Source of the DNA: Ylistrum balloti
Taxonomy: Eukaryota
DNA length: 64,000 nucleotides
NCBI RefSeq assembly: GCF_031769215.1
Contig: NW_026782411.1
Coordinates: 248,001 to 312,000, forward strand
Direction: 5' to 3'
Shown: in pieces, positions 38,151 to 51,681 of the stretch
Layout: each line of letters opens with the position of its first letter
Numbering within the stretch: the stretch's first letter is position 1
Made by a program: the position numbers and the translations under genes
The notes under the pieces: model-generated
The model's input: the letters and a program-made list of their open reading frames with translations, nothing else
Told to the model about the DNA's origin: nothing
Database searches by the model: none

Positions 38151-40597
38151 CAATCCCGAAGATCCCCTCACTTTCTGGAACAAATCTTCAGATTTCTGTT
38201 TTTTAAATCATAGCTATCCTGTAGATATGCAGGGATTCCAATAATTGATCCCTGTAGGGTGATAACGGATTGAGAAGCTACATATTTTCCCAGCTACTGT
38301 GGAATCCTCACGACAAACTACCGTAGAGTGATTTTTTAGATGGTGTTGTATCAGCAATTCTTTCAGAATTTTGTCCATAATAGAACTAATCACACAACAC
38401 AAATGTCAAAATAATATCCATTATCATCACAACAAATCCATCTGATTTTCTTTCAGTATCCATGATTTCCTTCGACTCATAACGGACTTCAGTCAATCGA
38501 GGTGTAACTAACTTTATATACACAAAGCTACACAATGAATTCCATTTTCCAATATACTTAAATCTGAACAATAGCTAGGCTAACAAACCACGGATACTTT
38601 ATCACAGTTTTTCCGCTATGTGGCTTCAATCAAAATATCTGATTAAGTTGAAAGTAGTTAGATACAGCTACAACCGTAATTTGACATTACTGAACTCATT
38701 TCAAAACAAATGTAACGTATAGGTAGAATTCCTTGTCGTTACTTGTACACATCTGGTAAATATGACGAATTTTAAACTAGAACTTTAGGCTGAAAGTCAC
38801 ATTCCAATAGTCCATTGTACTGTGTGTCGACAATAGGTGCCCAGAACAAAGGTTAATCAAAAAGTGCCAGATTTTCCTCGGCCAGTCATTAACTTGAAAT
38901 TACCTATGTAACAATACATGAAATAACATAATGTCCTCAATTCTTCCAACGAAACCTTTGATGCTCGCAATAAGCTAGCAAATTTATCCATATTACAGAC
39001 AGAAAACGTCCCAAATGGTGATTTATCTGCCATTCTATCTGTATGTATATGGTCAATGTTTGCGATTAGTCGTAACAATATACGCACGTGTCGCTATTTA
39101 TAATTTTTGTCACATATCCATAGACTGTCTATAACTGTACGTCATGGTGAATGCTCTTACAATTCCAGGTAGATTTACACTGTTGACAAAAGTACTGTGT
39201 CTTATTTTTATAACTTATCAAATATCAATCGTGGAAATATTGAGATAATGTTTTACACTATATGTATAATCCATAATATTAACAATTAGCCAATGCCTTG
39301 GGCGACAAAATGAGCCAGACAGTGCGAGACAAGTACACCCAAAGTCACCCTAGTTAGCACCACTGTGTGCAATAGCCCAGGAATTTATTTTTTTCAATCA
39401 TTCTGGTTAGAAAAGTGATCGGGTGATAAATTTAATCACATTTTAGATTTGAAACGATCAGAACTAAGGCCTTCATGTCGGTAATCACTCCGATAATCTA
39501 CAAACTCAAATTTAAAATTCTTCATTTCCTGTCTATGTTGGTAGATAAATAACGATAAAGGTTATACCATTCAAGCGTATTATCTCGTAGAACACAAAAT
39601 AACGTACTTATGTATTAAGAAAATTCAGCCAGATCCCTAACAGTATACACAATAATTATTGTTGTTAAGATACTTTTGACTTTCTTGTGAGCCAGAAAAA
39701 CGATAAGATGTGTAAACGTTAGCCTAGTATTATATCTAAATCAAAAATGATACTGGGAATGATGTTGTAAACCAGTTTACCAGTAAACTTATTCCGCCTA
39801 TTTCCGAGTTCTCGAGGATGGAATAAAGAAAAAACATTTATTGTCTTCCGTGAAAACTAATATTACACATATGATCAATTTTGGTAGCGTGCACCTTAAT
39901 TTGAATAATCTTGATAAAATTAAAAATCAAATATGGCATGCATAGGTTACCGGTGACTATTGTCACATTTAGTTTTTCACAATTTATATCGAAACAGGAG
40001 GCTAACTGGTGGTTATGTCGAGTTCCATTTACTCATTACTAACTAACGCAATCAAATCGGCCTGACTGGCATAATTATAAAGACTTGGCAAGAGAGAACA
40101 TGAACATCTGGGCCACAAAATACTCTATTGTCACAACAAATTATATCATATTGTGTGTCTGTAAATATGACAAATACTGTAACTTTAAGCAGGAGATGAT
40201 CAGGGCAAAATTGGGAAAGATACCTTTTTAATTTCCGTGACTCCTTATACAAAAAAGTATTATGGCATAGAATTTTTAGTTTGATTTAGTTTAATCTTTA
40301 GCATTTGTGTAACTTCAGGGAATACTATATAAGCTTTTGTGTTAATCTATGAAGCGCGCTTAATTACAGTATTGATACACATAAGAATGAAATTCTAATA
40401 CAAATGTATGCTTGTATCATTGCAGTAAATTAAAGTCTCTGTATGCGAGCATTTTAACAAAGTCGTAGAGGAATTCAACGTTCAGATCCTGGGAAATATT
40501 TAATAATGATAGGCGTTATTGTTGCCAGATAAACATTAAATGACTCTACAACAACATACTACCAGATATATTAAAATTAAAAATATATAAATAATAC

Positions 40598-40617
40598 CTG
40601 TAAATAGCCGCCTCCAT
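40598..40617 (-). CDS. FAM217: FAM217-like gene candidate start-codon exon (exon 40630-40598)
   Basis: Acceptor ttctttatcag|, good Kozak context ggcATGg, translation MEAAIY(R), donor CAG|gtatta. The phase 2 end matches the acceptor at 34185. Confidence 0.4.
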
Positions 40618-42559
40618 GCCCAGTTTTAATCTGATAAAGAATCACATTTTGCACACGGATAAATTATCACTATGAAAACTAATACATCAATCATGTGATC
40701 GACTACACATATAATATAACAGGTAAAAAGGAATTTTGTTGACGTACATACTGATACGGCATTCCATAGTGCAAAGTGAATCGTCAGTCAATTGCAGGCA
40801 TTTACAACCAAACTCAACAGCCTGAACACGACGACTTAAGCATGCGTTTGTTAACTATTGGACTTTTTAATAAAGTGTCGATCCCTGACCTCTAGACCTT
40901 GGTTGCTCAAAAGTTAGTTAAGAGTTAACAGTTGGTAAGTGAAAATTCAAATTGCAACCACTGAAAAGACAAGAGTGTTAAATGCAAAATTAACACACAA
41001 ATTATATCAATCTGACTTGTTTCAACAAATCCACAATGTGAAACGACAAAGAATGTTTCCAATTTTCTTTACTTCATGTTTGAAGATTTTCACTAACATC
41101 TGACGATTTCTAACCAGCCTTTGAACAACCGAGGACAGGATGACAGGAGCTATATAGGTTTTTGTTATTGATGTAAACAAGACGGAAGTCACCCGGGAAC
41201 GCCACATGAAATTGATTATCTATTGGTTCATAAAGTTCAAACGTTTCTGTTGATAGACTTAAATGTTTAAGATATAAGGAGGTAACTCATATATAGTGAT
41301 TACATGTTCAAGGAGATGCTGAGAAATACTTAACCTACAATAGGCTTTTATGACTCAGTGTTTACTATAATGCAGACGTAATACAAGTACAAGATATATA
41401 TCATGTATCTCAATGCATGTGAAATGTGCAACACCTAGTATTCCTCCCCCTTCCTTAGTTTTTTTTTTTTCGATTTGTGCCTTCCTATTGATGTGTATCT
41501 ATTTGAATCTGTTTTTGGGAGTACGAAACCTTGATCAACCATATAAAGATTATATCTAAGGCATCTCCACGTCTTACTCTAGAAACAGGTTTTAACTTGA
41601 AACTTTTACGATAGAAATATAGAAAGTGTATTATAATTCTCACTTCACAGTTTGAATTGAATTCCTTTATCGTAACATTTTAGGTGCATTAGAGCATAAA
41701 ATCCGATATAACACATCTACAACATGATGTACTAATTGTCTGCCAAGCACTATACTCATCGTCACGGCAATATTCCCACAGCAAAAAGTGGCCCTTGTCT
41801 TATATGTTTAACACTCGAATGTAGATTATCAACGGTTTACAACCTTCCATTAATATGGCTACTTATGTAACGACTGGCCTTGTATGGGCTCAGACAAATC
41901 GAAAAGTCGTTTTAAACCAACATATTATCTTCCATTTAATCGTTTTTCTAAGTTGTAAATTTTCACTTGCCCTAATAAAAGATTTAAGTACTGTCCACTT
42001 TTACACTGCCTTCAAGGTTGCAAGTTCAAAAATATCACTGGGAACAAAGATTCATAACACCCTTCGATAACTTACTTGATTCAAAACCTGTCGAAAAACC
42101 TGCTCCAAAATACATTGAGGTACAATTAAGTAACACGGTAAATATACAGTACAGCTTATAATTGACTATATTACAGTTTGAATAAAGCTCTTCATATTCG
42201 AACATTACAAGAATTTGCTATAATATATATTTTTTGATAAAACTAGTATATCATGTCAAGTCCTCACTACAGTGTTTCCTTCCTTGTTTCATTACACATC
42301 ATTATTCATATTATTAATAAACAGCATTCTCGAAAGTCCTACTGACCTTATTGTCCGGAAGTCCTTGTCCAGGGTCTGAGTTCCCGTAGAAACCATTAGG
42401 ATGAGCTATCGCCCACTTGATAGCGCCTTGATTCTAGTCTCTTGCATTCACGTGTGATCTAGAAGATAAACCCGACATATATTTTTTAAGACATGTGATA
42501 TACGACCGGGGCACTGACACCAGATTTTGACAATGTTGAATATCAATACAAGTGATCCG

Positions 42560-43450
42560 CATTTAATATCGATGTTAAATCACGAATCGATAGATCAATA
42601 GAAAACCCGTGTGATTTTGTTAACCCCTGATGATAACTGCGTCTCAATAAAACTCTTCATTTCCGGTCTTATGGTCATTTTCTGTATAAAAGAGGTATAC
42701 ATTTATGTGCGAGAAGCTTTGAAAATATACTGTCTTATCGTTTAAACTATTGAAGTTGTTCAGTGAAAATTTTAAACTGATAATGTGAAAATGGGTTTCT
42801 TGTGTACATTTCCTTCACTGCATATTGATAACGCCGGTGTTAGACACCACTTGTCAATGGCCTTAACACCATTGTAAGCCTGCTACCCAACTGTGCACAC
42901 AGATGTTAAACAGTAAACGAACATTCCCAGTATCGATACTGGTTGTCATTCTAAAACCAGTTCCAGAAACAAAAAGCACCTGAAGACCGTAACAAATCTC
43001 CCATCCTTAATATCAACATTTACATTGGAAGTTCTTCTCATCCTGTTTTTGCTTTATGACTTTAGTAGGTGAAGTGAATTGTAAGTTACACATCTATTGG
43101 GCATCCCTCAGTAGATTCGCCTCACAACTTATCCTTTAGTTCTTTTTGTCAGAAAGAACTACCACTCTTAGCTTGATGTAACTACATAAATCAAACTTGA
43201 ATTGATCAGTGCATTTTGGTATACCGTTTATCATGATAAGGACACCGTAAAATACAGTTAACCAGTAGAAAAATCTGTCAAATGGGAAAAATTAGTTCCA
43301 AATGGTGTCACAATGGACACATGAATGTCAAGCATGTGTAGACTGTACCCGTTCCTCTTCCTCCCGAACTTAATTAATATTGATATGCTTAAATGACTCT
43401 TTAGCAATTCTAGTGAAATGTCTATTATTCATAAAGTGGAAATTTACTGA
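42560..43450 (-). mobile_element. Highly decayed Penelope-like RT fossil
   Basis: Ordered remnants STL*IIDISLELLKSHL, FDRFF...MINGIPKCTD..FDLCSY (cf. IDNIF...VGIPMGTNCAPLLADLFLYSY), THFHIISLKF (cf. DDFDFDIVNFPF). Confidence 0.45.
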
Positions 43451-46400
43451 ACGTGGAAACTATATCATCATATCTACACATAAAGTTGGCAGCAGAAGCT
43501 CTTTTTTACGGTTGTCCTTCTCATGAAATGAATGCTTATGTCACTGTGGGTTTCTGAGGTGACATCAAACAACACACATACCTGCACATTGATGACGCTA
43601 CTGAATTTCCTGAAGAATCACATTCGATTCGATTTTGGACACTTCCCTTTCCGGTAACCTCAGTCCTCAGCAATGCTTGATCACAAACCCCAAAGACGCT
43701 GGAGTTGTGCAATATAAACGTCAATATCATCCGTATTTGATAGATCCTCCTATTGGCTGTAAGATAATGGGGAACAATATGGCATCGATTTCATTGCAGA
43801 ACACATCCAAGTGAACGACTTTTGTAATTCAGGTGGAAACTAATCATCGCTGGAAAAATGGTAAATTGTGATTAGATTTATAGCATTGTGACAACCATCT
43901 TATTGATGTTTCATTAACTTTACATGAAACCAATGAATGTCAGTCCATCTCGAATGAGCTGCAATGCATTTAAAGACAGTCTGAATCAAAGGTCTAACAC
44001 GATATATTAGTTTATGTGACCCATTTTTAATCGATGAACGATCACATTCTGCCTTATCTGTTTACAATCTATGACAATGCCTCGTAAATCTGTCAATCTA
44101 ATTATTGTTATCTACCCTTTAACGCTAAGAGTTCACGCCTGCAAACAATGAAATCCGAAGTCAGCATTCAGGTAAACGTTTGTAACTGTTGGCGATAAGG
44201 CCCCAAAACAATGCACAATAACATGGTCCTAACAGGACATCAACTAGTCACAGATGTGTGCGAGATTCTACAGACAGAGAAACTCGATATACTGTACCAT
44301 TGTGTACGGTAGACTCAAACCAAAACATATCTTATATAGATATAGGTCTCAGGTCAGGGCGCTTTATTCTGGCCTTCAATGTCAACCTAATGACGACAAT
44401 AATGTCCAGAAATGAATTACCTGTCTGCTTTTGCACGTGTTTTTCCACTTTGTTTTTAATCCGAGCATATTTGATTAAAGCGCCAAAACACAACATGAAA
44501 TTGTGGAACTTCTGAAGAATGAAGACAATCAAAAATATAATAAAAAAAGTTCTTGTGAGGAGATAATAATGTGGTATTTATGTAAAAATTATACTTTGGT
44601 TGGTGATCGGAACGACCTTCACGTGACAATTATTGTATTTCTAACAGTAGGATCAATTAATTATATGTAATCAGTGACAAAACACGAATATGATAGATCT
44701 AACTATCACACTATGTGCCTACCTGCTACAAACGTCTCGAGTGAACCAGTGTTCTACCTGGATTATAATGCAGGGTTTGACATGGGTTTATTAAATCTGA
44801 AATGGAACCCTACATACATGTTTACGATAAAGAGGGAGTGACACGCAGGGTATAATGTGAAGCGTTATTTGTTATAGCTGGTCAGGTCAGTACTTTGCTT
44901 TCCCCTTACACCTGGCGACAAGGGAGTCATTGATATACTCCACTTGGGACACGCCCACTCGTATATCATTACTTATTATATTTCTCAATATCAGTGGAGT
45001 CCGGAAGAAGTTAGGTAATTACACGCTACATCGAATATCACAGGAATACTGACAACCATTCCGAATCAACACTTCATATTCAATTGACACTCTTTGTGTG
45101 TCTTTCGTTAAGACTCCGAGATCGCAGATGGTAGACACTGTTGGTGGACAATTAGTCTCGGAGATTTACTATCACCTGTATGCCAAATTGTAATTCATTC
45201 GAACAGTAGCTCGGCTTAGAGTATACACATGTACGCGACTTTGTTCTACAAAATAGACATCAGATACTAGATATTGACTTTTCTTCCTGTCACTTTGGAT
45301 TTTTCTCAGTCGCCTCTTATGCTTCAAAATTTAGACCCTTAGTACAACTGTCGAGAACTAGAAGGACGATGACGTATAATGCAGTTTAATTCGTTGTTGC
45401 TCTAATCTAACTCCAAATTCGTATTAAAAGGTGTTTTTAATTTTTATGGCTTTTTTACAATGTAGCACCAAAATGTTCGTGTTGATTTTATAGCTGATTT
45501 TGGACTGCTATTTATTCCAGATTTTTTTTAAAATTCCTTTTGTGCTATTGTCTTAAGCTCGGCTCAAACTGACAAATTATTTTTTATAGAAGTATCCCAT
45601 GAAATATAACAGTATTGTAACGTAGCACTACTGAAATGCTTTACTGCTGTGCATGTATGAAACTATGTATGTGTTAACGGTGACCCCCTAGCCTAGAATT
45701 AAAAAGTATACTTAACTTTAGCATGCATCCGCGTGGAAGGCACCCGTACAATAATACTGGAGAAATGGTGGGAAGTTGTTTTTGTATTTTCCACAGTCGC
45801 CTCCTAGACTTCAATAATATAGGTCCCTAGCAACACTAAGGAATCCTTAAAACACAAAACAGCTGTATGATGCAGTTGAATTACGTGTTTGGTTATGCTG
45901 TTTCTAATTAGAAACTTGTGTTACAGGGTGCTATTCACTTGTGTTTTCATTTTTATAATATGTCTTTACCGAGGATTACATACAGCTCGATGGCTACTAG
46001 ATGCTCTCCTCAACCGATAACCAAATAACACAGGGTGGACAATGACAAAATATGATACCATGATAAAACACACACTCTCACACTTTCAATCACACATTAG
46101 CAGAAAGGAAAAAGAAGACTGAGAGGGTTAGAATCCGTTGGGATTCGTGATAAGTTCGAAGACATGGTAATTATTTTAAACCAAATTTAAAAGCTCTGCT
46201 TTAAGGTCTGGATTGACGTTTGGAGCAAAGTGGCTTTTCCTGATAGCCATGAGCCACATAGAACACGTTTTGGTCTCGTTTAGGAATCGGCAAATGATTA
46301 GTCTTTTCACGTGGGAGAATGATATCCGCTAAAATAAATCATTTTTGCCATTGATACGTCTTTCTTTGATGGTTTTGCCACATGGAAATTAACACATTTC

Positions 46401-47893
46401 TTGGTTTCGTCAGAGTTGGATTGTGTGTATTGTGGATATATTATTCGTGTCCATTTCCGTTTGTTTATATAAGACGACTTGAGAGACAAGTTACATGACG
46501 TCCTAATGGGCCTGCCAATATTTCCTTCAGATTTCACTCTGAATTATTGTGTATATAAACATGTATATCATCTAAGATTCTTTTCCTCGGTAAATTCACG
46601 AAATTCTCCATGATTTTGCTCGTCGCACCTTGAAGGAGCGAGCAGTGATTTTTTCTTTCCCCGCGAAAAAAGTTCATAGAATCGGAAGGATGGCAATATA
46701 AGTTATTCTTTGGCCTAAAGTGTCAATTGCATATAATTTGCTATTTAAAATATCTTATTTTGCGTGTGTTTATAGAAATATTTGGCGTCAAATGGTTTAT
46801 AGTTAAATTTCTTGCACAACTCAGTACTGGAGTTAAAATGTTAGTTTTATGTTTTCTCTTAAAAGGTATCGTGCTGTAAGAATCAAGCTAAAATAAAGTG
46901 TCAAAATCTGATAAAAAAGGTCGCAGCCAGCAAGATTATTTACTTGTTTGTTTATATCACGAATGTTTTTGGGTTTTTTGGTATCACTGACATGTCTATG
47001 AAGTAAGTTACAGCTGTATGATGTAGAACTCATTATTTGGATTTATTGTGATGAATTCTTAATTTGTATTGAAGTGTAAACTATTTTGGAGAATACTTGT
47101 TGGTGATTCGGGGCAGGTGAAAATGGGAATCTATATTAGTAATCGGCCATTAAAATCTTCGGTGGTGACCCTGGGAAAAGGCTAGGGAAGCAATATTATT
47201 AGACGGCGCAATTCATTGTCAGTGATGTAAAGGCTATGTATGTAAATATATCTGTTATCGGTTTTGAGGTCTTTCGTCCATCATTGGTCTCCCAAAATGA
47301 GATAACATTGACATCGTTGCGTCACTAAGTACGAGTATGCTGCATATGCTGTCTGTATGAGTACACATTTCCTTATAAAGAATATGAAAATCGTCATTCA
47401 TACATGCGCAGCAACATTGAAATAAGTGTTCCTGTACGTGCTTATTTTGGATGTGTATACACGGGAGCCGAATCTCATGACAATGCTAACAAAGCTGTCA
47501 GCTGCGGCTATGAAGCACCAAGGCTATATTAGCTTGTACACAAAATTTAGCTGTCAAGATGCTTTATCATAATCACAGACATTATCAAATGACGTTTATC
47601 TGGTTTTAAGAACCATATCAGAATAGAACTGTTCCGGTCCGTCATGCATCATTGAAATTTCATAAGGTTGAAAGATCGTAAGTGATCCTTAAAAAAACAC
47701 CTGAAATTGATGTTATAAAATTAGCGCAGTAAGGGAAATAACTCCCATTTAATATTTATCTGTATTAATTCTAACTTTTGTAATAGTTTGGAAGTGCAGA
47801 TGCTAATGCATTTATTACCATCGGATTCCCTGTGAGAAATAAAGTGTTCCATTTTTTTCAGTTGTATGACAGAGTGACCAGCTTTACTGTAAC

Positions 47894-47894
<1 letters not shown>

Positions 47895-47933
<39 letters not shown>
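47895..47933. repeat. (GAT)13 microsatellite
   Basis: Perfect trinucleotide run. Confidence 0.97.
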
Positions 47934-47934
<1 letters not shown>

Positions 47935-47999
47935 GCAGGAAATAACAATTTTAATCAAAATTTAAATAATGTTTATGAACTCATTCAGTAAAGAGTGAA

Positions 48000-48240
48000 T
48001 TGGTTTGTCCTCTGTTTTAGACAGAACTGGTATTTCCTTTGTTTTGTTTTTTGTTTTTTTTTTTTTTTTATAGAATTGGTTTGTCCATTGTTTTAGATAG
48101 AACTGGTTTGTGCTTTGTTTTTTATAGAACTGGTTTGTGCTTTGTTATTGATAGCATTTGTTTGACTTTTGTTTTGGATAGAACTGGTGTGTGCTTGGTT
48201 TTTGAGAGATTTGGTTTGTCTTTTGTTTTGTTTTATCTTA
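48000..48240. repeat. T-rich degenerate tandem repeat (~23-bp unit tttta(g/t)a(c/t)agaactggtttgtgc)
   Basis: The motif agaactggt recurs several times. Confidence 0.75.
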
Positions 48241-51029
48241 TTTGAAGTGCCTAATGCAGATGTACAAAAGGATTTTGACGCAACATACTATTTTATCGAT
48301 TAAATATTTTTCGCATCATAGTTTACACAGACCATATATATACCATAAAAAATGCTTATATGAATTGCCTGTCTTGCTTTGTTAGTATGCTCATTTTTGA
48401 GCCTGAAAAAAAAACCTGGACTTAAGTTGTTTAAAGCATGTAAGTAACAAGAGGTTTCATACGAAAACATTGTCAGCAATCACAAAAGCAGGCAATTTTT
48501 CTCGAATACTGTACTTGCTTTTTTGTTTTGTTTTTGTTGTTGTTGGAGTTTTTTTTTTTTTTTTTGTGACAATTTCTGCTTTGCATTTAGTTTATTATAT
48601 CAACATTCTGTTAGCCTGTAACTACAATTGATGGGGTTTTTTTTAGTAATTTGTACATAATTTTATAATACTTGATGGCTTAATTGAGTGATTTTGTGAC
48701 TCATTTTAGTTGCAGGCAAGAGAGAACGATTTGTTTGAATGATTGCTTTTTGTTTCTTTGTTTTAGTTTTTTTGTTTAAATGTTTCATTCCGATAACTGA
48801 ATATTAAATCATGACAATGATAGATATCATTCACACAACCTGCATGATAAATTCCATTACCATGTAAACTCTTGAATGTTACATTATTACGGAGCAAACC
48901 TCAGTAAATCAAATTATTCTCATTACTGTCCATCGTGCGAGGGGAGACTACTTCACACGTATGGTACGGTTTCGAGTACGAATATATACTATGCATTATG
49001 TCCTCCAGTTTATAGAAATGTATAAACGTAGATTTATTACTGCGCCACTAGTATGAAAAGATTTACAAGCAATACTACTGGATACTAAAATATTACCAAA
49101 GGCTACCGGGTTTAATAAAAGTTCTGTTTTCCCAATTTGTTTTTGATCTTGGTCAAAAAATGTTTGAAACCAAACCACTGTGAAATTAAGCGCATAACTC
49201 ACGTTGATCAAAATAAGGACGAGCGTGGTGATCTTCGTTCCTGTAGGTGACAAACTACCGGTTTCAGTGAATTTCTGGGACAGATTTGTTCATTCACGTA
49301 AAAAGGTAACCAAGAACCTTATTATAAAAGATGATTTAGTGTACTGGACTCTCACAAATATAAGAAGCCACAAAATTACGCACAAACCGTTGGTTTCGAA
49401 TGTACGTTTTCATCCCAAAGGGCAGGTCGGACGTTTTATATTATGTAGTTTACAAGATAATCCTACCCAACTTGTCACAAGGACACTTGTACTCTATGAA
49501 ATGATAAGACTATATCTGTATCCTTATGTTTGTATTTCTTCACAGGCAGACAAGTGTTTGTCTTAGCTCACCTACATTTGGTAATTGAAGTTAAAAACCG
49601 TGCAACAAGACGTATTTTATATAACCGTCTCACATTTTAGAAACATATTAGTAAATAAATCAGAGACATGTAATCATAATATATATAGTAATTATTGTGA
49701 ATTGTCCGGTCAAGTCAGACTTGTGATTTACTAAAATAATGTCTTCCTAGAGATTTATGTTTTTCTAGTCAATATGCACATGTATTCGTAGTCAGTTGGT
49801 AATTAACTAATCAGTGGCTAATGTAGAATTCTTTGCAGGCAAGGATAGTTATGGTGACCTTCCATCCTTAATCTGGTGTATGCTGACTATCTATTTGTGA
49901 TTTTATTTTTGTATTTGTTGTGGTCGATAGTCAGAATTCCTCCCTGTGTAAAAAGAGGAAATTTTAGTATTCAGTCAATGTGTTATATAGTTTACAACAC
50001 AGTTATTTGTATGCAGCGTACATCGATGAAAAGATGAAACATTTCTCTACTAACTTGCATATGTTTCATAGATTTTAAAGGTTTTATGCTGAGTACCCAT
50101 GCTTTTTATAAGGAAGAATTCTGCAATGAATGGTGATGAAGACAAAAATGAATTCCTGGAAATATTGTTTGAATCCTTCAGACCATTCTATCTTATGCTA
50201 CTCCCTCCTTTACAATTAAGTATAGAACTTTCCCCCAAAGACAAAGACAGCTAGGGTTCTTGAACTTCTTTATTAAAGTTGAAGTATCTTCTTAATCTCC
50301 TATACTATGAAGTGACTAACAGCACCAAAGAGATGGAGAAAAATGAAGTTCACAGGCCTGGTTATTTAATTGACAAGTTGATTTGCAACTTTTGAATCAT
50401 ATTAGTTTTATACTTCTTACACTTTGATGAAACCCATTAGATACAATTTACATGTCATTGTCAGTTTACCTCTATTAGTACTTATTTTTTAGAAGTAAAA
50501 GATGTGTATTTCTGAATTTCTTATTGTACTCTATAAACTACTGAAAATTGAAGTAAGACAAAAACCTATCATTGTGTGAAATTCAAGACTGATTCCATCA
50601 CCAGAGTGTAATGCTTATATTCCCGATTCTGTTATTGAAATTCCTAATGTGTGAAATTGTTGAAGTGACATTAAAACAAAGAATTTATCTCACAAATTCA
50701 ATATCCATTTGGCTTTATTTAGCCAGACCAGTGTAGACAGAATATTTGATTTTAGGCAGTTTCTCTGCTTCATTCTATAAAACATACCCCATTGTTGATC
50801 CAGCAACACTGACAAATAATGTAGCAATTTGGAATCAAGGAAGACAATCCATGCTCTGCAGAATTTGTTTTAAAAAAATAAAATTTGCAACTTACAATGA
50901 ATTATTTTATTACATGTAATGTTACAGAGTATGTTTACCAGATCTAACACTTCCATGGAATAAGTCACTTTTCCTGAGTAATAAAGTACCATCATTATTT
51001 CAGATATATGGAGTGAAGAGAACAGCAAC

Positions 51030-51572
51030 ATGAATGTATTTGGAAAGATTACCAGGGCGCTAGGAAGCCGTCTTCTCACAGCAACTCCCAGACCTGTTAG
51101 AATACAACAGGCAATACCACAACCACCTGTGTCTAGTAGACATCAAGTTGGAGTACATTGTAAGGGATTATTTACTTGTCAGCAAGGCAGTCTGAGTCAT
51201 CGTATCAGTTCCCTTAACCTGAACAGTAGTAACGTTCATCATACATCCAGAGTGACAACACTGCTGACCACAAGCAACACCAACTTACAATTCACAAGAT
51301 CATACAAAGTGAAAAATGTGTTGACACTTCGTTGTTCAGGATGTTATTTTATTCGCAGACATGGACGGTTATTTGTTGAGTGTAAAGTAAAACCTAGACA
51401 TAAGCAAATGGCCAAAATTAGTAAGAACAAATTGATGGTAGATGACACTTCAAAAGGAAATGTGAAGAGAGCATGCTGGTGGAAGTTCCAAAAAGAAAGA
51501 TGGTACAAAAAGGGTCAGACTTCTTACGTCAAGTCGGGCTATTTCAATCAAGGCTTGGGTACAGATTTTTAG
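51030..51572 (+). CDS. MRPL36: Mitochondrial large-subunit ribosomal protein bL36m (39S ribosomal protein L36), 180 aa, intronless CDS
   Basis: bL36 domain [36 protein letters not shown] with C-x2-C...C...H zinc ligands, preceded by a long Arg/Ser/Thr-rich, acid-free presequence. Acceptor cattattttcag| lies at 51003, 26 nt before the ATG. Confidence 0.95.
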   Translation: MNVFGKITRALGSRLLTATPRPVRIQQAIPQPPVSSRHQVGVHCKGLFTCQQGSLSHRISSLNLNSSNVHHTSRVTTLLTTSNTNLQFTRSYKVKNVLTLRCSGCYFIRRHGRLFVECKVKPRHKQMAKISKNKLMVDDTSKGNVKRACWWKFQKERWYKKGQTSYVKSGYFNQGLGTDF

Positions 51573-51675
51573 AGAGAAAAAATTGTCGAATATGTATTGA
51601 CACAGTATTGTTATACTGTAAAGGATGTTTAATTTCCATGATTGATTAAGACAAATACTTGTATAAGTGTGAGTG

Positions 51676-51681
51676 AATAAA
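51676..51681 (+). terminator. Polyadenylation signal AATAAA of MRPL36
   Basis: Canonical hexamer ~100 nt after the stop codon. Confidence 0.55.

Noticed and set aside
38857-39087. Possible additional PLE RT fragment on + (KVPDFPRPVINL...NVP)
   Set aside because: The similarity is too weak to separate from chance without an alignment.
47721-48245. ORFs with poly-Ile or Phe/Leu-rich repeats
   Set aside because: They are translations of the (GAT)13 microsatellite and the T-rich tandem repeat.
48996-49566. 120-aa and 85-aa ORFs upstream of MRPL36
   Set aside because: Non-ATG or weak starts, AT-rich composition and no domain similarity; probably intronic.
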